Shown here: piece by piece, positions 18,970-32,750 of the stretch
Layout: each line of letters opens with the position of its first letter
How positions within the stretch are numbered: position 1 is the stretch's first letter
Source: an uncultured delta proteobacterium
Lineage (GTDB): Bacteria > Myxococcota_A > Polyangia > Polyangiales > Polyangiaceae
Length of the DNA: 64,000 nt
Direction of reading: 5' to 3'
Assembly: GCA_963850305.1 (NCBI GenBank)
Contig: CAWKKR010000005.1
Span: forward strand, 160,001-224,000
Notes under the pieces: model-generated
What the model saw: the letters and a program-made list of their open reading frames with translations, nothing else
What the model was told of the DNA's origin: nothing
The model's database searches: none
Made by a program: the position numbers and the translations under genes

Positions 18970-21060
18970 TCAGGGAATTCTGACGGTCTTCGAGACGCGC
19001 ACCGGTTCACCCGAGAACGCCGGCACGTGTGTGCCCCGGAATACGCGGGCAATGCACCCGCCGATCGGGCTGCCGGCGAAGTCGCCCGAGACAACGGCGT
19101 TCGTCGAGCGCCCGTCGTTCATGAACGTGATGGTGACCTTACCGACGCCGTGATTGCCGGGCTGGCTCGCGCACTGGCCTTCGGCGTTCGACGTCGCCGC
19201 ACCGAGGGCTGCGGAAGCCGCCTCCTTGTTGAACTCGGGTCCGGCGGCGGCCGGAGCGGGCGCGGCAGCTTTCGTCTCGGCTGCCGGGCTCGACTCGGCG
19301 TGCGTCTTCGGCGTCCCCTCGCCGGCAGGATGCGCCTCCGCAACGGGATGCGCCTCGGCAGCAGGATGTACCTCGCCCGCAGAGGGAGCGGTTGCCGGAG
19401 CAGGAGCGGCGCTGCCCGCCACTGCCGCCGCGGTGGAGGCCGCTGCGGAGGTCGTGGCGGCTGGTTCGGACGGCACTGCCGCACTGGGCGCTGGCGGGAC
19501 CGCAGTCGCCGCCGGTGGCGGGGCCGCTGGAGTGGTCACTGCAGGTGCCGGTGCCGGCGGGGTCGGCTTCAGAAAGAAGAACGCCCCGGCGCCGCCCCCC
19601 ACGAGGAGCAGCGCGCCGATTCCTATGAAGAGCCCCGCTTTCGAGCCTTTCGCCGGTGCGGTGGCTGGCGGCCCCGAGCTCGGTCGTGAGTGCACCGGCG
19701 CGGATGCGGCCGGCGGCGCCATGAAATCGGGTGCGGCCATGGCGGCGGCCCCGAACAGGGCTCCGCCGCCCAGATTCGCGACCGACGGAGGGGCCGCCTC
19801 GTCGCTCTGGCCGCCGAAGAGCAGCGCTTCCGCGGCCGCCTTGTCGCTCTTCTTGGGTGCAGGCTTTGGCTTCGCGGCACCCGCGAGGGCGTCGAGCGAG
19901 AACAGCACCGAGCTCTCGTTCCTCGCACCGGTGAGGGTGTGCCCCGCACCGGTCTCGGGTGAAATGCTGGGCATTCTCGAGCGCTGAGCCGCCTCATCGG
20001 CGTCCACTTTTGCGAAGAGATCTTGCCCGCGCTCGCGCGTCCGTTCAGCGCGGCGTGCGGCGACCGGTCGTGGTTCCGCCGAGCTGACGACTTCACTCTC
20101 TTCCGGCGCCTCGAACGGCAACCGAAACTGCTCCTCGGGGCTCGTCTCGGGCGGTGCCTCCGCGGCGGGAGCCGCGGCCACCGGCTCCTCTTTCGGGGCC
20201 GCCACCGGACCAGCCTCTTCTTCCGCGACGGGAGCGGGCCTCGGCGACGCCTCGGCTGCTTTCGGCGCCGACGAATGAGCTTCTTCGGCCGAAATGGCGG
20301 CGTCGAGCAAGGCCTGGGCCTTCGGCGCCGTCATTGCGACCGTGACTTCGTCGTAGTTCGGGCCGGGCTTCTGCTCCCCGCCGTCCCACTTGCCGGGTTC
20401 ACGCCAGCCGCCGGACGGAGTGCCGCTCGTGTCCGCGTTGTCTTCCGGAACCTCGTTCGTACGGGGCTCGAGCCCGCCGGCTTTCAGCGCCGAGGCGATC
20501 TCCGGGATCTCGAACGGCGTGAGCCAGTCTTCCATGCCCTCACGCCAGATGAACGTTTCCGCGTCAATCGTACGCGCCGCATACAGCTCGACCACCTTGG
20601 CCGTCGGCATGTCGCGATGATCGTCATCGGTGACCGCGACGGTCCACGGCTTCTCAACGACGGCCTTCGGCGTCAGTGGCTTTGCCGCTGCGGCCGGGGC
20701 CTTGACCGCGCTCGCGACGGCCGCCTTCGCGGCGGCCGGAAAGGCGCCCGCCGGTGCCGCCGCCTTGGCGGCTGCAAGTTTCGAGGTTGCCGCTGCTCCG
20801 GCTACCGCTTGCGGTGCCGCCTGGAGTCCGCCCAGCATCGTCTTCTGGCGCGGACGCTCGACCTCGGCCTTCTTCTCGGGGGCTCCTGCCGCGGGTTGCG
20901 CGCCGGAAGCCGGAACCGCGGCCGCCGAGCTGGCGAGCTCCGTGCCGTCGACGATGATGGCCGCTCCGCACTTCTTGCAAGTGATGCGGACCTTCCGCCC
21001 GCGCACTTTTTCGTCCGGGACGGCGTACTTGGCGGGGCAACTACTGCAAGCGACGTTCAT
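18970..21060 (-). CDS. Zinc-ribbon / GYF / TM / TonB-C-like protein (GltJ/AgmX family)
   Basis: CSSC..CKKC zinc ribbon, GYF_2-like ETFIWREGMEDW, NESSVLFSL motif, TM, C-terminal CIARVF..VPAFSG. Confidence 0.8.
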   Translation of the reverse strand: MNVACSSCPAKYAVPDEKVRGRKVRITCKKCGAAIIVDGTELASSAAAVPASGAQPAAGAPEKKAEVERPRQKTMLGGLQAAPQAVAGAAATSKLAAAKAAAPAGAFPAAAKAAVASAVKAPAAAAKPLTPKAVVEKPWTVAVTDDDHRDMPTAKVVELYAARTIDAETFIWREGMEDWLTPFEIPEIASALKAGGLEPRTNEVPEDNADTSGTPSGGWREPGKWDGGEQKPGPNYDEVTVAMTAPKAQALLDAAISAEEAHSSAPKAAEASPRPAPVAEEEAGPVAAPKEEPVAAAPAAEAPPETSPEEQFRLPFEAPEESEVVSSAEPRPVAARRAERTRERGQDLFAKVDADEAAQRSRMPSISPETGAGHTLTGARNESSVLFSLDALAGAAKPKPAPKKSDKAAAEALLFGGQSDEAAPPSVANLGGGALFGAAAMAAPDFMAPPAASAPVHSRPSSGPPATAPAKGSKAGLFIGIGALLLVGGGAGAFFFLKPTPPAPAPAVTTPAAPPPAATAVPPAPSAAVPSEPAATTSAAASTAAAVAGSAAPAPATAPSAGEVHPAAEAHPVAEAHPAGEGTPKTHAESSPAAETKAAAPAPAAAGPEFNKEAASAALGAATSNAEGQCASQPGNHGVGKVTITFMNDGRSTNAVVSGDFAGSPIGGCIARVFRGTHVPAFSGEPVRVSKTVRIP

Positions 21061-21188
21061 GGTGGCCAGTGAGCGGGGCGAGCGGACGAGCGGGTGGGCG
21101 GAGCGGGGGAGGAGGGCAGCGTATCATCCTCGCGTGTTTTCCTCAAAGAACCCTGCCGCTTGGATATACTCGGGCGCCCGCGCTCCCC

Positions 21189-21908
21189 ATGCCCGCCCCT
21201 TCTTTCGACGTGCTCGCGCGAGTCGCGATGGAAACGGCCCGGATCAGCGTTCCGACCATTTTCGAAGCTGCCGTGGGCACGCTCACCCCCCGGATCTGCG
21301 ATGAGCGTCTCGATTCGTGGTCGAGAGAGCTGGTTCGCCAGGCGGGGATCCGGATCGACGCGTGCGGGCGCGAGAACATCGTCCCCGGCGAGTCGTTCGT
21401 CGTGATGAGCAACCATCAATCACACTACGACATTCCCGTTCTGTATCAAGCGCTCGGTATCCCCATGCGCATGGTCGCGAAGAAGGAAATCTTTCGCATC
21501 CCTCTCATGGCCCGTGCGATGCGCGCCGCCGGCTTCATCGAGGTCGACCGAAAGAACAGCCAGACCGCGATCCGGAGCTTGAGCTCCGCGCACGAACGGC
21601 TGGGCGGCGTCAGTCTCTGGATCGCGCCGGAGGGCACGCGCAGCAAGACCGGCCACCTCGGCACGTTCAAGAAGGGCGGCTTCCATCTCGCACTCAAGGC
21701 CGGTCTCCGCATCCTGCCCGTCACCATCGACGGCACTCGCTTCGCGCTTCCCGCAGGCGGTCTTCACGTCACTCGCGGCGCGCTCGCGCGCGTCACCGTC
21801 GGTAGCCCGATCGCCGTCACCGATTTCGGAAGCGAGCGCATCGCGGAGCTCGTCGGCGCGGTCCGCCAGGCGATCGTGAAGGCGCTACCGCCCGACCTCC
21901 GTGACTGA
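21189..21908 (+). CDS. 1-acyl-sn-glycerol-3-phosphate acyltransferase (PlsC-like)
   Basis: SNHQSHYD, AKKE, APEGTRS, FKKGGF. Confidence 0.92.
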   Translation: MPAPSFDVLARVAMETARISVPTIFEAAVGTLTPRICDERLDSWSRELVRQAGIRIDACGRENIVPGESFVVMSNHQSHYDIPVLYQALGIPMRMVAKKEIFRIPLMARAMRAAGFIEVDRKNSQTAIRSLSSAHERLGGVSLWIAPEGTRSKTGHLGTFKKGGFHLALKAGLRILPVTIDGTRFALPAGGLHVTRGALARVTVGSPIAVTDFGSERIAELVGAVRQAIVKALPPDLRD

Positions 21909-21958
21909 TCCGCACCAGCAAACAACTCTGCCCGTCGGAGCGACCAGAAGCCTAGGCT

Positions 21959-22040
21959 GCCCCCATCCGTCGCGGCTTCGCCGCGCCGACTTCCCCCAAC
22001 TCGCCTGCTCGCCAAGCCTGCGCGGGCTTGGGGGGAAGTC
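21959..22040. repeat. REP-like nested palindromic element between convergent genes
   Basis: CGCGGC-TTC-GCCGCG hairpin and GACTTCCCCC...GGGGGAAGTC stem enclosing CCAAGCC..GGCTTGG. Confidence 0.55.
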
Positions 22041-22053
22041 CCGCGGGGACGCG

Positions 22054-23505
22054 CTACCTCAGGATGCCCGCGACCCTCGGTGTCCGGAGCTCGGTCTGGC
22101 CGACGAGGTACTGATCGATCCCCGCCGCAGCTTTGCGACCGTCGGCGATGGCCCAGACGACGAGAGATTGGCCGCGCTGCATGTCGCCCGCGGCGAACAC
22201 GCCGGGGACGCTCGACATGAAGTTCGCGTCGATGGCGACGTTGCCGCGCGCGTCGAGCTTCACGCCGAGGTCCGTGAGCAACCCGTCGTGCTCCGGATGC
22301 ACGAAGCCCATTGCGAGGAGGACGAGCTCGGCTTCGATGTGGAACTCGGAGCCCGGGACGTTCTCGAACTTACCGCTCTTGAACTCGACGCGGATGCAGT
22401 CGATGCCGGTGACGCGGCCCTCGGCGTTCCCCGTGAAGCGGACCGTCGAGACGGCGAAGTCGCGGTTCACGCCCTCTTCGTGCGACGACGAGGTACGGAG
22501 CATGAGCGGCCAGAGTGGCCACGGCGTCGTGGGGCTCGGTTCCTCGGGCGGTCTCGGCATGATCTCGAAATTGATGACGCGCGTCGCGCCCTGGCGGTTC
22601 GACGTGCCGATGCAGTCGCTCCCCGTGTCTCCGCCGCCGATGACGACCACGTTCTTGCCCGTCGCGAGGATTCCGACTTCGGCAGGCACCACGTCCCCCG
22701 CGACGCGACGGTTCTGCTGCTCGAGGAACTCCATCGCGAAGTGCACCCCGCGAAGCTCGCGCCCGGGAACCGGTAGATCGCGCGGTTTGCGCGAGCCGCC
22801 CGCGAGGCACACGGCGTCGTAGTTCTTCTTCAGATCCTCGGCCGTGACGTCCACGCCGACATTAACGGAGGTTTTGAACTCGACGCCCTCGGCGCGCATC
22901 TGCTCGACGCGCCGGTGGACGAGGTGCTTCTCCATCTTGAAGTCGGGAATGCCGTACGTCAGAAGCCCGCCCAGGCGATCGGCGCGCTCGAGTACGGTCA
23001 CGCTGTGCCCTGCGCGGGCGAGTTGCTGCGCTGCCGCGAGTCCCGCGGGCCCCGAGCCCACGACGGCGACGGTCTTGCCCGTCTTCCGCTGCGCCGGGCG
23101 CGGAGTGATGAGCCCCTTCGCCCAGGCTTCATCGACGATCGCGTGTTCGATGAGCTTTATGCTCACCGGGTCGTCGTTGATGTTGAGCACACACGAGGCC
23201 TCGCACGGCGCGGGGCAGATGCGCCCGGTCACCTCCGGGAAGTTGTTCGTCGCGTGGAGTGACTCGATCGCCGCTCGGACGTCGCCGCGATACACGTGGT
23301 CGTTCCAATCCGGAATCAGGTTCCCGAGCGGGCACCCGGTGTTGCAGAACGGAACGCCACAGTCCATGCAGCGCGCGGCCTGGTTCCGGAGATCCTCCTG
23401 GATCACGGGCAGCTCGAACTCCCGGTAGTCCTTCACCCGTTCCGCGACGGGACGCTTCCGCGCGTCGGTGCGCGCGTATTCCATGAATCCGGTGACTTTT
23501 CCCAC
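22054..23505 (-). CDS. gltD: Glutamate synthase small subunit
   Basis: [45 protein letters not shown]. Confidence 0.97.
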   Translation of the reverse strand: MGKVTGFMEYARTDARKRPVAERVKDYREFELPVIQEDLRNQAARCMDCGVPFCNTGCPLGNLIPDWNDHVYRGDVRAAIESLHATNNFPEVTGRICPAPCEASCVLNINDDPVSIKLIEHAIVDEAWAKGLITPRPAQRKTGKTVAVVGSGPAGLAAAQQLARAGHSVTVLERADRLGGLLTYGIPDFKMEKHLVHRRVEQMRAEGVEFKTSVNVGVDVTAEDLKKNYDAVCLAGGSRKPRDLPVPGRELRGVHFAMEFLEQQNRRVAGDVVPAEVGILATGKNVVVIGGGDTGSDCIGTSNRQGATRVINFEIMPRPPEEPSPTTPWPLWPLMLRTSSSHEEGVNRDFAVSTVRFTGNAEGRVTGIDCIRVEFKSGKFENVPGSEFHIEAELVLLAMGFVHPEHDGLLTDLGVKLDARGNVAIDANFMSSVPGVFAAGDMQRGQSLVVWAIADGRKAAAGIDQYLVGQTELRTPRVAGILR

Positions 23506-23547
23506 GAGATTGGCCTGATTCGCGAAAGGGGGGTCTGGGTTACGGGG

Positions 23548-28089
<4,542 letters not shown>

Positions 28090-28347
28090 CGTCGTGGGGC
28101 TCCTGACGGCAACATGGGCAGCTGGGTCGGGGGGTTGCGCTCCGGGGCGCGCCCGGGCTCCAGGAGCGCGGGCCGACGCGGGGACAACTTTGGAAACGGT
28201 CACGGCCGGCTCGAAGATCCCGTGTCGATCGCCGAGGGACGCGACGTGCCACCTGGAGCATGGCAGTTTCGAGATTCTGTACGCAGGCCCGCGGACTCGC
28301 AAGTGGGATCTGGCGGGGGTACCGTCCCGTGTCGCTGAATTGCGACG

Positions 28348-29205
28348 TCAGGGACGGGCGTCCCGGCAGCACCGGAAACCGATCTCGTAGCCCCAGTCGG
28401 ACTCGTCGTGGAAGCGCACGGTCGGGCGACACCGATCGCGAACAGGGCCCCACCATCCGCCTTTCAGTGCCGATCGATGCGGGTACTTCTCGCCGGGCAC
28501 GTTGACCCATTCGTTGACGTTTCCGTTCATGTCGTGGACTCCGAAGGGGGAGATACATCGGTCGAACGCCCCTGACGGCTCGCGCTGGTCGAGGCGCTCG
28601 AAATCTGCACGACACGTAGCCGAAGCCATGCACTCGTCCCAGAGCTCGAGTTTCCGGGGCCGTTCGACGTAAGGCCGATCGATCACGCACGCCGACGGGT
28701 CGCGCGTGTACCCGTTCACGTACGGCAGCATCTCTTCGCCCTCGCAGGCGAAGAGCCACTCGTCCTCGTCGCAGAGCCGCTTTCCGACGGACTCGCACGA
28801 TGCCTTCGCGCCGCCCCAGTCGACGAGCACATGCGGCAACTCGCCTTCGCGGTTCGGCCACTCGTAGCGGTCCACGCAATATCTGACGAGCACCCGCTTT
28901 TCGGAAACGCACCGACTGGGCTCCGAGAAACGGAGACAGCGCTCGCTCTTCTTCGGATTGGTTACGTACCCCGCCGCGTGCGCCTCGCACTGCTCATCAG
29001 CGTCCGGGCAAAATCGCCCCTCCACCAGGACCATGTCGCCGGGACACGCCACGGGCATGGGCGCGGCGGGGCCGGGCGCCACGCTCGCCCTCGGGCCGGT
29101 CGAGGCCGGGGCCGGCTTCTGGGGTGGTTCGGGGCTCGGTGACGGCGGAACCGTGCCACAGCTCACCGCGAGCAGGGCGGCGGCTCGGGTGAGCCTTCGA
29201 ACCAT
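28348..29205 (-). CDS. Formylglycine-generating enzyme (SUMF1/FGE-sulfatase) domain lipoprotein
   Basis: Lipobox AVSC, DRYEWPN, KRLCDEDEW, FGVHDMNGNVNEW, GFRCC. Confidence 0.88.
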   Translation of the reverse strand: MVRRLTRAAALLAVSCGTVPPSPSPEPPQKPAPASTGPRASVAPGPAAPMPVACPGDMVLVEGRFCPDADEQCEAHAAGYVTNPKKSERCLRFSEPSRCVSEKRVLVRYCVDRYEWPNREGELPHVLVDWGGAKASCESVGKRLCDEDEWLFACEGEEMLPYVNGYTRDPSACVIDRPYVERPRKLELWDECMASATCRADFERLDQREPSGAFDRCISPFGVHDMNGNVNEWVNVPGEKYPHRSALKGGWWGPVRDRCRPTVRFHDESDWGYEIGFRCCRDARP

Positions 29206-29353
29206 CAGGCTCGGCTTACTTGGTCGGCCGAGATGGGCGAAGTTTTCGGCCAAGGAAGGGGACGACCCGGGCCTTTGGTCTACCTCTCGTCCTCGTCCCT
29301 CTGCCTGGAAACGGTCGCCGACCCAGGGGGCGGCGGGGTAGCCTCTCGCGCCC

Positions 29354-30946
29354 GTGCGCGCTTCCCCCTCATCCAGGGTCCCTCGCGGAACCGCCGCGCT
29401 CGGCTGGCTCGTCCTGGCGGGCGGTTTCGTGCTGACCGTCGCGGCTTCCCGCGTGATCGGCCCGGCTTTCGACGAGGAGCGGCGGATCACCGTCGCGTAT
29501 CACGCCACGGACGTCGCGCGCGCGGTGACACGCCTGGGCCCCCGGGCGCTTGGCGCCCCTTCGACCAAGGCCATCTTCGAGGAGCTCATTCCATTCGGGG
29601 TGCTCCCGGGTCTCCTCTCGGGGTGGCTGGGCGAGGTCTTTGCCTCTGCCGGGATGATCGATCGTCTGACGGGCGCGCGCATCGGGTGGCTGCTGTGGAC
29701 CGGGCTCGCCCCGGCCGCGGTCTATCTGATGGTCGAGCCGAGTCGCGGGCGGCGCACGGCGGCGATATCGGCGTGTGCCTTGTTCGCGATGCCCCGGTTC
29801 GTGTACGCCGCCGCCACGGCGCGCGAGCCGGCGGTCGTGACGAGCATCTGGCTCGTCGTGATCGCTCTGTACTTGCGAGCGATTCCGCCGTCGTCGGAGG
29901 AGCGGCGGCGTGGCGTCGAGCGACGGTTCCGTCTCTTCGCGCCGCTCTGCGCGATGGTGCTCGGGCTCGGCATCGCGACGGATCTGGCGGTGATCGGCGT
30001 CATTCCTCTGATCGCGGTTCACTATTTCCTCACGCGCGGGGTGGCGACGTGGCGCTCGTGGCGTCGCGGTCTGACGCCTGTGCCGAGCGCGTTTCTCTGG
30101 GCGGTGTTGATCACGCCAATCGTCCTCCTCGCGGCGGCGCCGGCGCTCTGGCGCGGCGCCTCGTCCGATGCGGAGTGGCTCCTCGGTCCGCTCGCCCCGA
30201 CGATCGAACCCGTGCTCTATCACGGGGGTCCAGTGGCATCGGTTCGCGACGTGCCGTGGAGTTACTCGGTGAACTGGCTGGCCGCGACGCTGCCGATCGG
30301 GATTCTCGCGCTCGCCATCGGGGGAGGGGGCATCCTGCTCGCCGAGCGCATCGCGGTAACTCGCGGAGCGGCCCGTCGCGATGCGACGCACTTCGGGTGG
30401 CTCGCGCTCCTCGTGATCGCGGGGGTCACCCTCGGGCCTATCGTCACGCCCGCGGTGCTCACGCGGTTTCCGCCTCGCGTCGAACTCGCGCTTCCGTTCA
30501 TTGCCTGTCTCGCGGCAATTGCCCTCGACGGCATGGCCACGAGGCTGGTCGGGCTGAAGCGGAGCGCGTGGATTGCGGGCCCCGTCTGTCTCGGGCTACT
30601 CGCGTTCGGCCTGTCCGGCCTTCCGACGTCGAGTGCGTCCTTCGGGTTGCTCGGGGGAGGCACCCGCGGCGCCGTGGCGAGTCGGTTCTGGGCGGTCGGG
30701 GACGGCAGCGAGCTCGCCGCGCTCGCGCCTTCGATCGATGCTCTCGGACCGCGCGTGTACATCGAGTCCCGGGACGTGCCGCGATCCTACTGGTCGCTCC
30801 TGAACGCGGCCGGCCGCATGCGGGCTCACGTCGAAGGCGGCCGCAGGGGCGAGCCGGCCGTGGTGGTCGCCCGGGGGGCGCGGGACCACGCGATGGCGAC
30901 GGTCGCGCGGGACGGTGCGGTCCTGTGGTCGCTCAATCGGCGCTGA
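29354..30946 (+). CDS. Multi-TM membrane protein, probable GT-C (PMT/ArnT-like) glycosyltransferase
   Basis: About 10-12 hydrophobic segments, DE motif after TM1 (AFDEE). Confidence 0.55.
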   Translation: MRASPSSRVPRGTAALGWLVLAGGFVLTVAASRVIGPAFDEERRITVAYHATDVARAVTRLGPRALGAPSTKAIFEELIPFGVLPGLLSGWLGEVFASAGMIDRLTGARIGWLLWTGLAPAAVYLMVEPSRGRRTAAISACALFAMPRFVYAAATAREPAVVTSIWLVVIALYLRAIPPSSEERRRGVERRFRLFAPLCAMVLGLGIATDLAVIGVIPLIAVHYFLTRGVATWRSWRRGLTPVPSAFLWAVLITPIVLLAAAPALWRGASSDAEWLLGPLAPTIEPVLYHGGPVASVRDVPWSYSVNWLAATLPIGILALAIGGGGILLAERIAVTRGAARRDATHFGWLALLVIAGVTLGPIVTPAVLTRFPPRVELALPFIACLAAIALDGMATRLVGLKRSAWIAGPVCLGLLAFGLSGLPTSSASFGLLGGGTRGAVASRFWAVGDGSELAALAPSIDALGPRVYIESRDVPRSYWSLLNAAGRMRAHVEGGRRGEPAVVVARGARDHAMATVARDGAVLWSLNRR

Positions 30947-32750
30947 ACCGCAGCGCCTCGGCGAGCCCGGAAGCGCGGAGCGCGGGGCGCCCCACGGCTT
31001 CGCGGACCGCCGCTTCGGTCGCGTGCACGACGGCGCGGAGGCGAGCCCGCGTCACGGCCGTGTAGAGCAGCTCCCGCGTCAGCAGCGGCGACCCCTCGCG
31101 CGGGAGCACCACGGCCACTTCGTCGAACTCGGAGCCCTGACTCTTGTGCACGCTCATCGCGAACGCCGGTTCATGGGGCGGGAGTCGCGACGGCGAGAGC
31201 GAGCGAAGCGTGCCGTCTCCGCGCCGGAAGACGGCGCGCAAGGTTCCCCCCTCCCTGAAAACGATCCCGACGTCGCCGTTGAACAACTCGAGCGAAGGAT
31301 CGTTCCGGTGAATGAGCACCGGGTGAACGACGCCGGTGCGACCGAGGAGGCCGTGTTCCCGCAGCGCGAGTTCAATCTCGGCGTTCGCCGACTCCACGCC
31401 GAGCGGGCCCTGGCGATTGCCGAGGAGCACGCGGAATCGAGACAGAGCATCCAGTGCCTGCTCGGGCGTCGAGCTCCGCGCACACGCCTCGAAGCCGGAG
31501 ACCGCCAGCTCGATGAGGCGAGGGTCCAGGCCGTCCCCCGCCGGAACGAGGAGGGCCGCGCCGTCGCTCTCGAGCGCGGTCAGGACCGCGGTCACGTCGC
31601 CGCGCTGGATGAACACCGACAGAGCGCCGAGGGCGCTCCGTTCGTCGAAGCGAAAGCTCTTCTTGAGCGTGACGACGGAGTCGTCGATGGAGAAGGGCCT
31701 CGCGCCGACGTTCGCGGCGGGCAGGGGTTCGTCGAATGTCCGGGTCAGGCGCGCGTCGAGCTCGGGCGAATAGTGCGCTCGCGCGGGGTCCCCGCAGATA
31801 TCGGCCAGGACGGCTCCGGCCTCGACCGACGACAGCTGGTATCGATCCCCGAGGAGGACGAGCCGGGCGCGCGGCGGCACCGCTTCCACGAGCCGGCGCA
31901 TCAGCGCGACGTCAATCATCGACGCTTCGTCGACGACCACGACGTCCGCGAACAGCGGGCGCTCGCGGTCGACGCGGAATCGGCCTTCGCGGTCCACCTC
32001 GAGGGCGCGGTGTACGGTCCTCGCCTCGGCCGGGATGCGATCGAGGATCTCCGGGTCGCAGCGGAGGTTCGCCTTCGAAGCCGCCACGGATTCGGCGAGC
32101 CGCGCAGCGGCTTTGCCCGTCGGCGCGAGGAGCAGGACGCGCGGTCTGTGACCCTCGGCAGAAAGAAGGTCCGCAACGAGCAGCGCGATGATCTTGGTCG
32201 CCGTCGTCGTCTTTCCCGTCCCGGGTCCACCGGAGACGACGGTCAGCGACGACACCGCGGCAACCGTCGCCGCGATGCGCTGCCAGTCCGGAGCGGCGCC
32301 CGGGTTCTCGAACAGGGAACGGAGGAGCGAGCGGAGGGCGGCCGGGTTACGCGGCTCGACGGGTCGCCCGCTTCGCTCGCGGAGCGCCCGAGCGAGCCGT
32401 TGCTCGTCCACCCAGAGGCGCCGGAGGTAGAGCCAATCGCGGGCATCGAGAACCAGCGGTGTCTCATCCCCGCCTTGTCCGACCAAGGGACTGGTCGCGA
32501 CCTGCGAACGCCATCCCTCCAGCGCCGGGCAGTGTCCGAGGACTTCGCCGTCGGTCGGACCGCGGAGCTCGGTGCCCGCGAGGCGGCCCAGGTCCGCGCA
32601 GACGTGGCCGTCCCTGGTCGCGCGGCTGGCGAGGGCAACGGCGAGCAGGACGTCTTCGCGCGTCTCGCCCGCGAGACCACCGAGCCCGCGCGAAAGCTCG
32701 ACGTCGAGCGCCGACAGGACCGCCGCTGCGCGAAGCTCCGCGAGCGTCAT
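30933..32750 (-). CDS. recD: Exodeoxyribonuclease V alpha subunit
   Basis: DWQRIAA, GGPGTGKTT, APTGKAA, VDEASM, AMSVHKSQGSEF, ELLYTAVTRAR. Confidence 0.95.
   Translation of the reverse strand: MTLAELRAAAVLSALDVELSRGLGGLAGETREDVLLAVALASRATRDGHVCADLGRLAGTELRGPTDGEVLGHCPALEGWRSQVATSPLVGQGGDETPLVLDARDWLYLRRLWVDEQRLARALRERSGRPVEPRNPAALRSLLRSLFENPGAAPDWQRIAATVAAVSSLTVVSGGPGTGKTTTATKIIALLVADLLSAEGHRPRVLLLAPTGKAAARLAESVAASKANLRCDPEILDRIPAEARTVHRALEVDREGRFRVDRERPLFADVVVVDEASMIDVALMRRLVEAVPPRARLVLLGDRYQLSSVEAGAVLADICGDPARAHYSPELDARLTRTFDEPLPAANVGARPFSIDDSVVTLKKSFRFDERSALGALSVFIQRGDVTAVLTALESDGAALLVPAGDGLDPRLIELAVSGFEACARSSTPEQALDALSRFRVLLGNRQGPLGVESANAEIELALREHGLLGRTGVVHPVLIHRNDPSLELFNGDVGIVFREGGTLRAVFRRGDGTLRSLSPSRLPPHEPAFAMSVHKSQGSEFDEVAVVLPREGSPLLTRELLYTAVTRARLRAVVHATEAAVREAVGRPALRASGLAEALRFSAD

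Noticed and set aside
28246..28265. TGCCA-N9-TGGCA and TGGCAC upstream of gltB as sigma54 or NtrC site
   Set aside because: No -12 TGC element at the correct spacing; repeat too short to support
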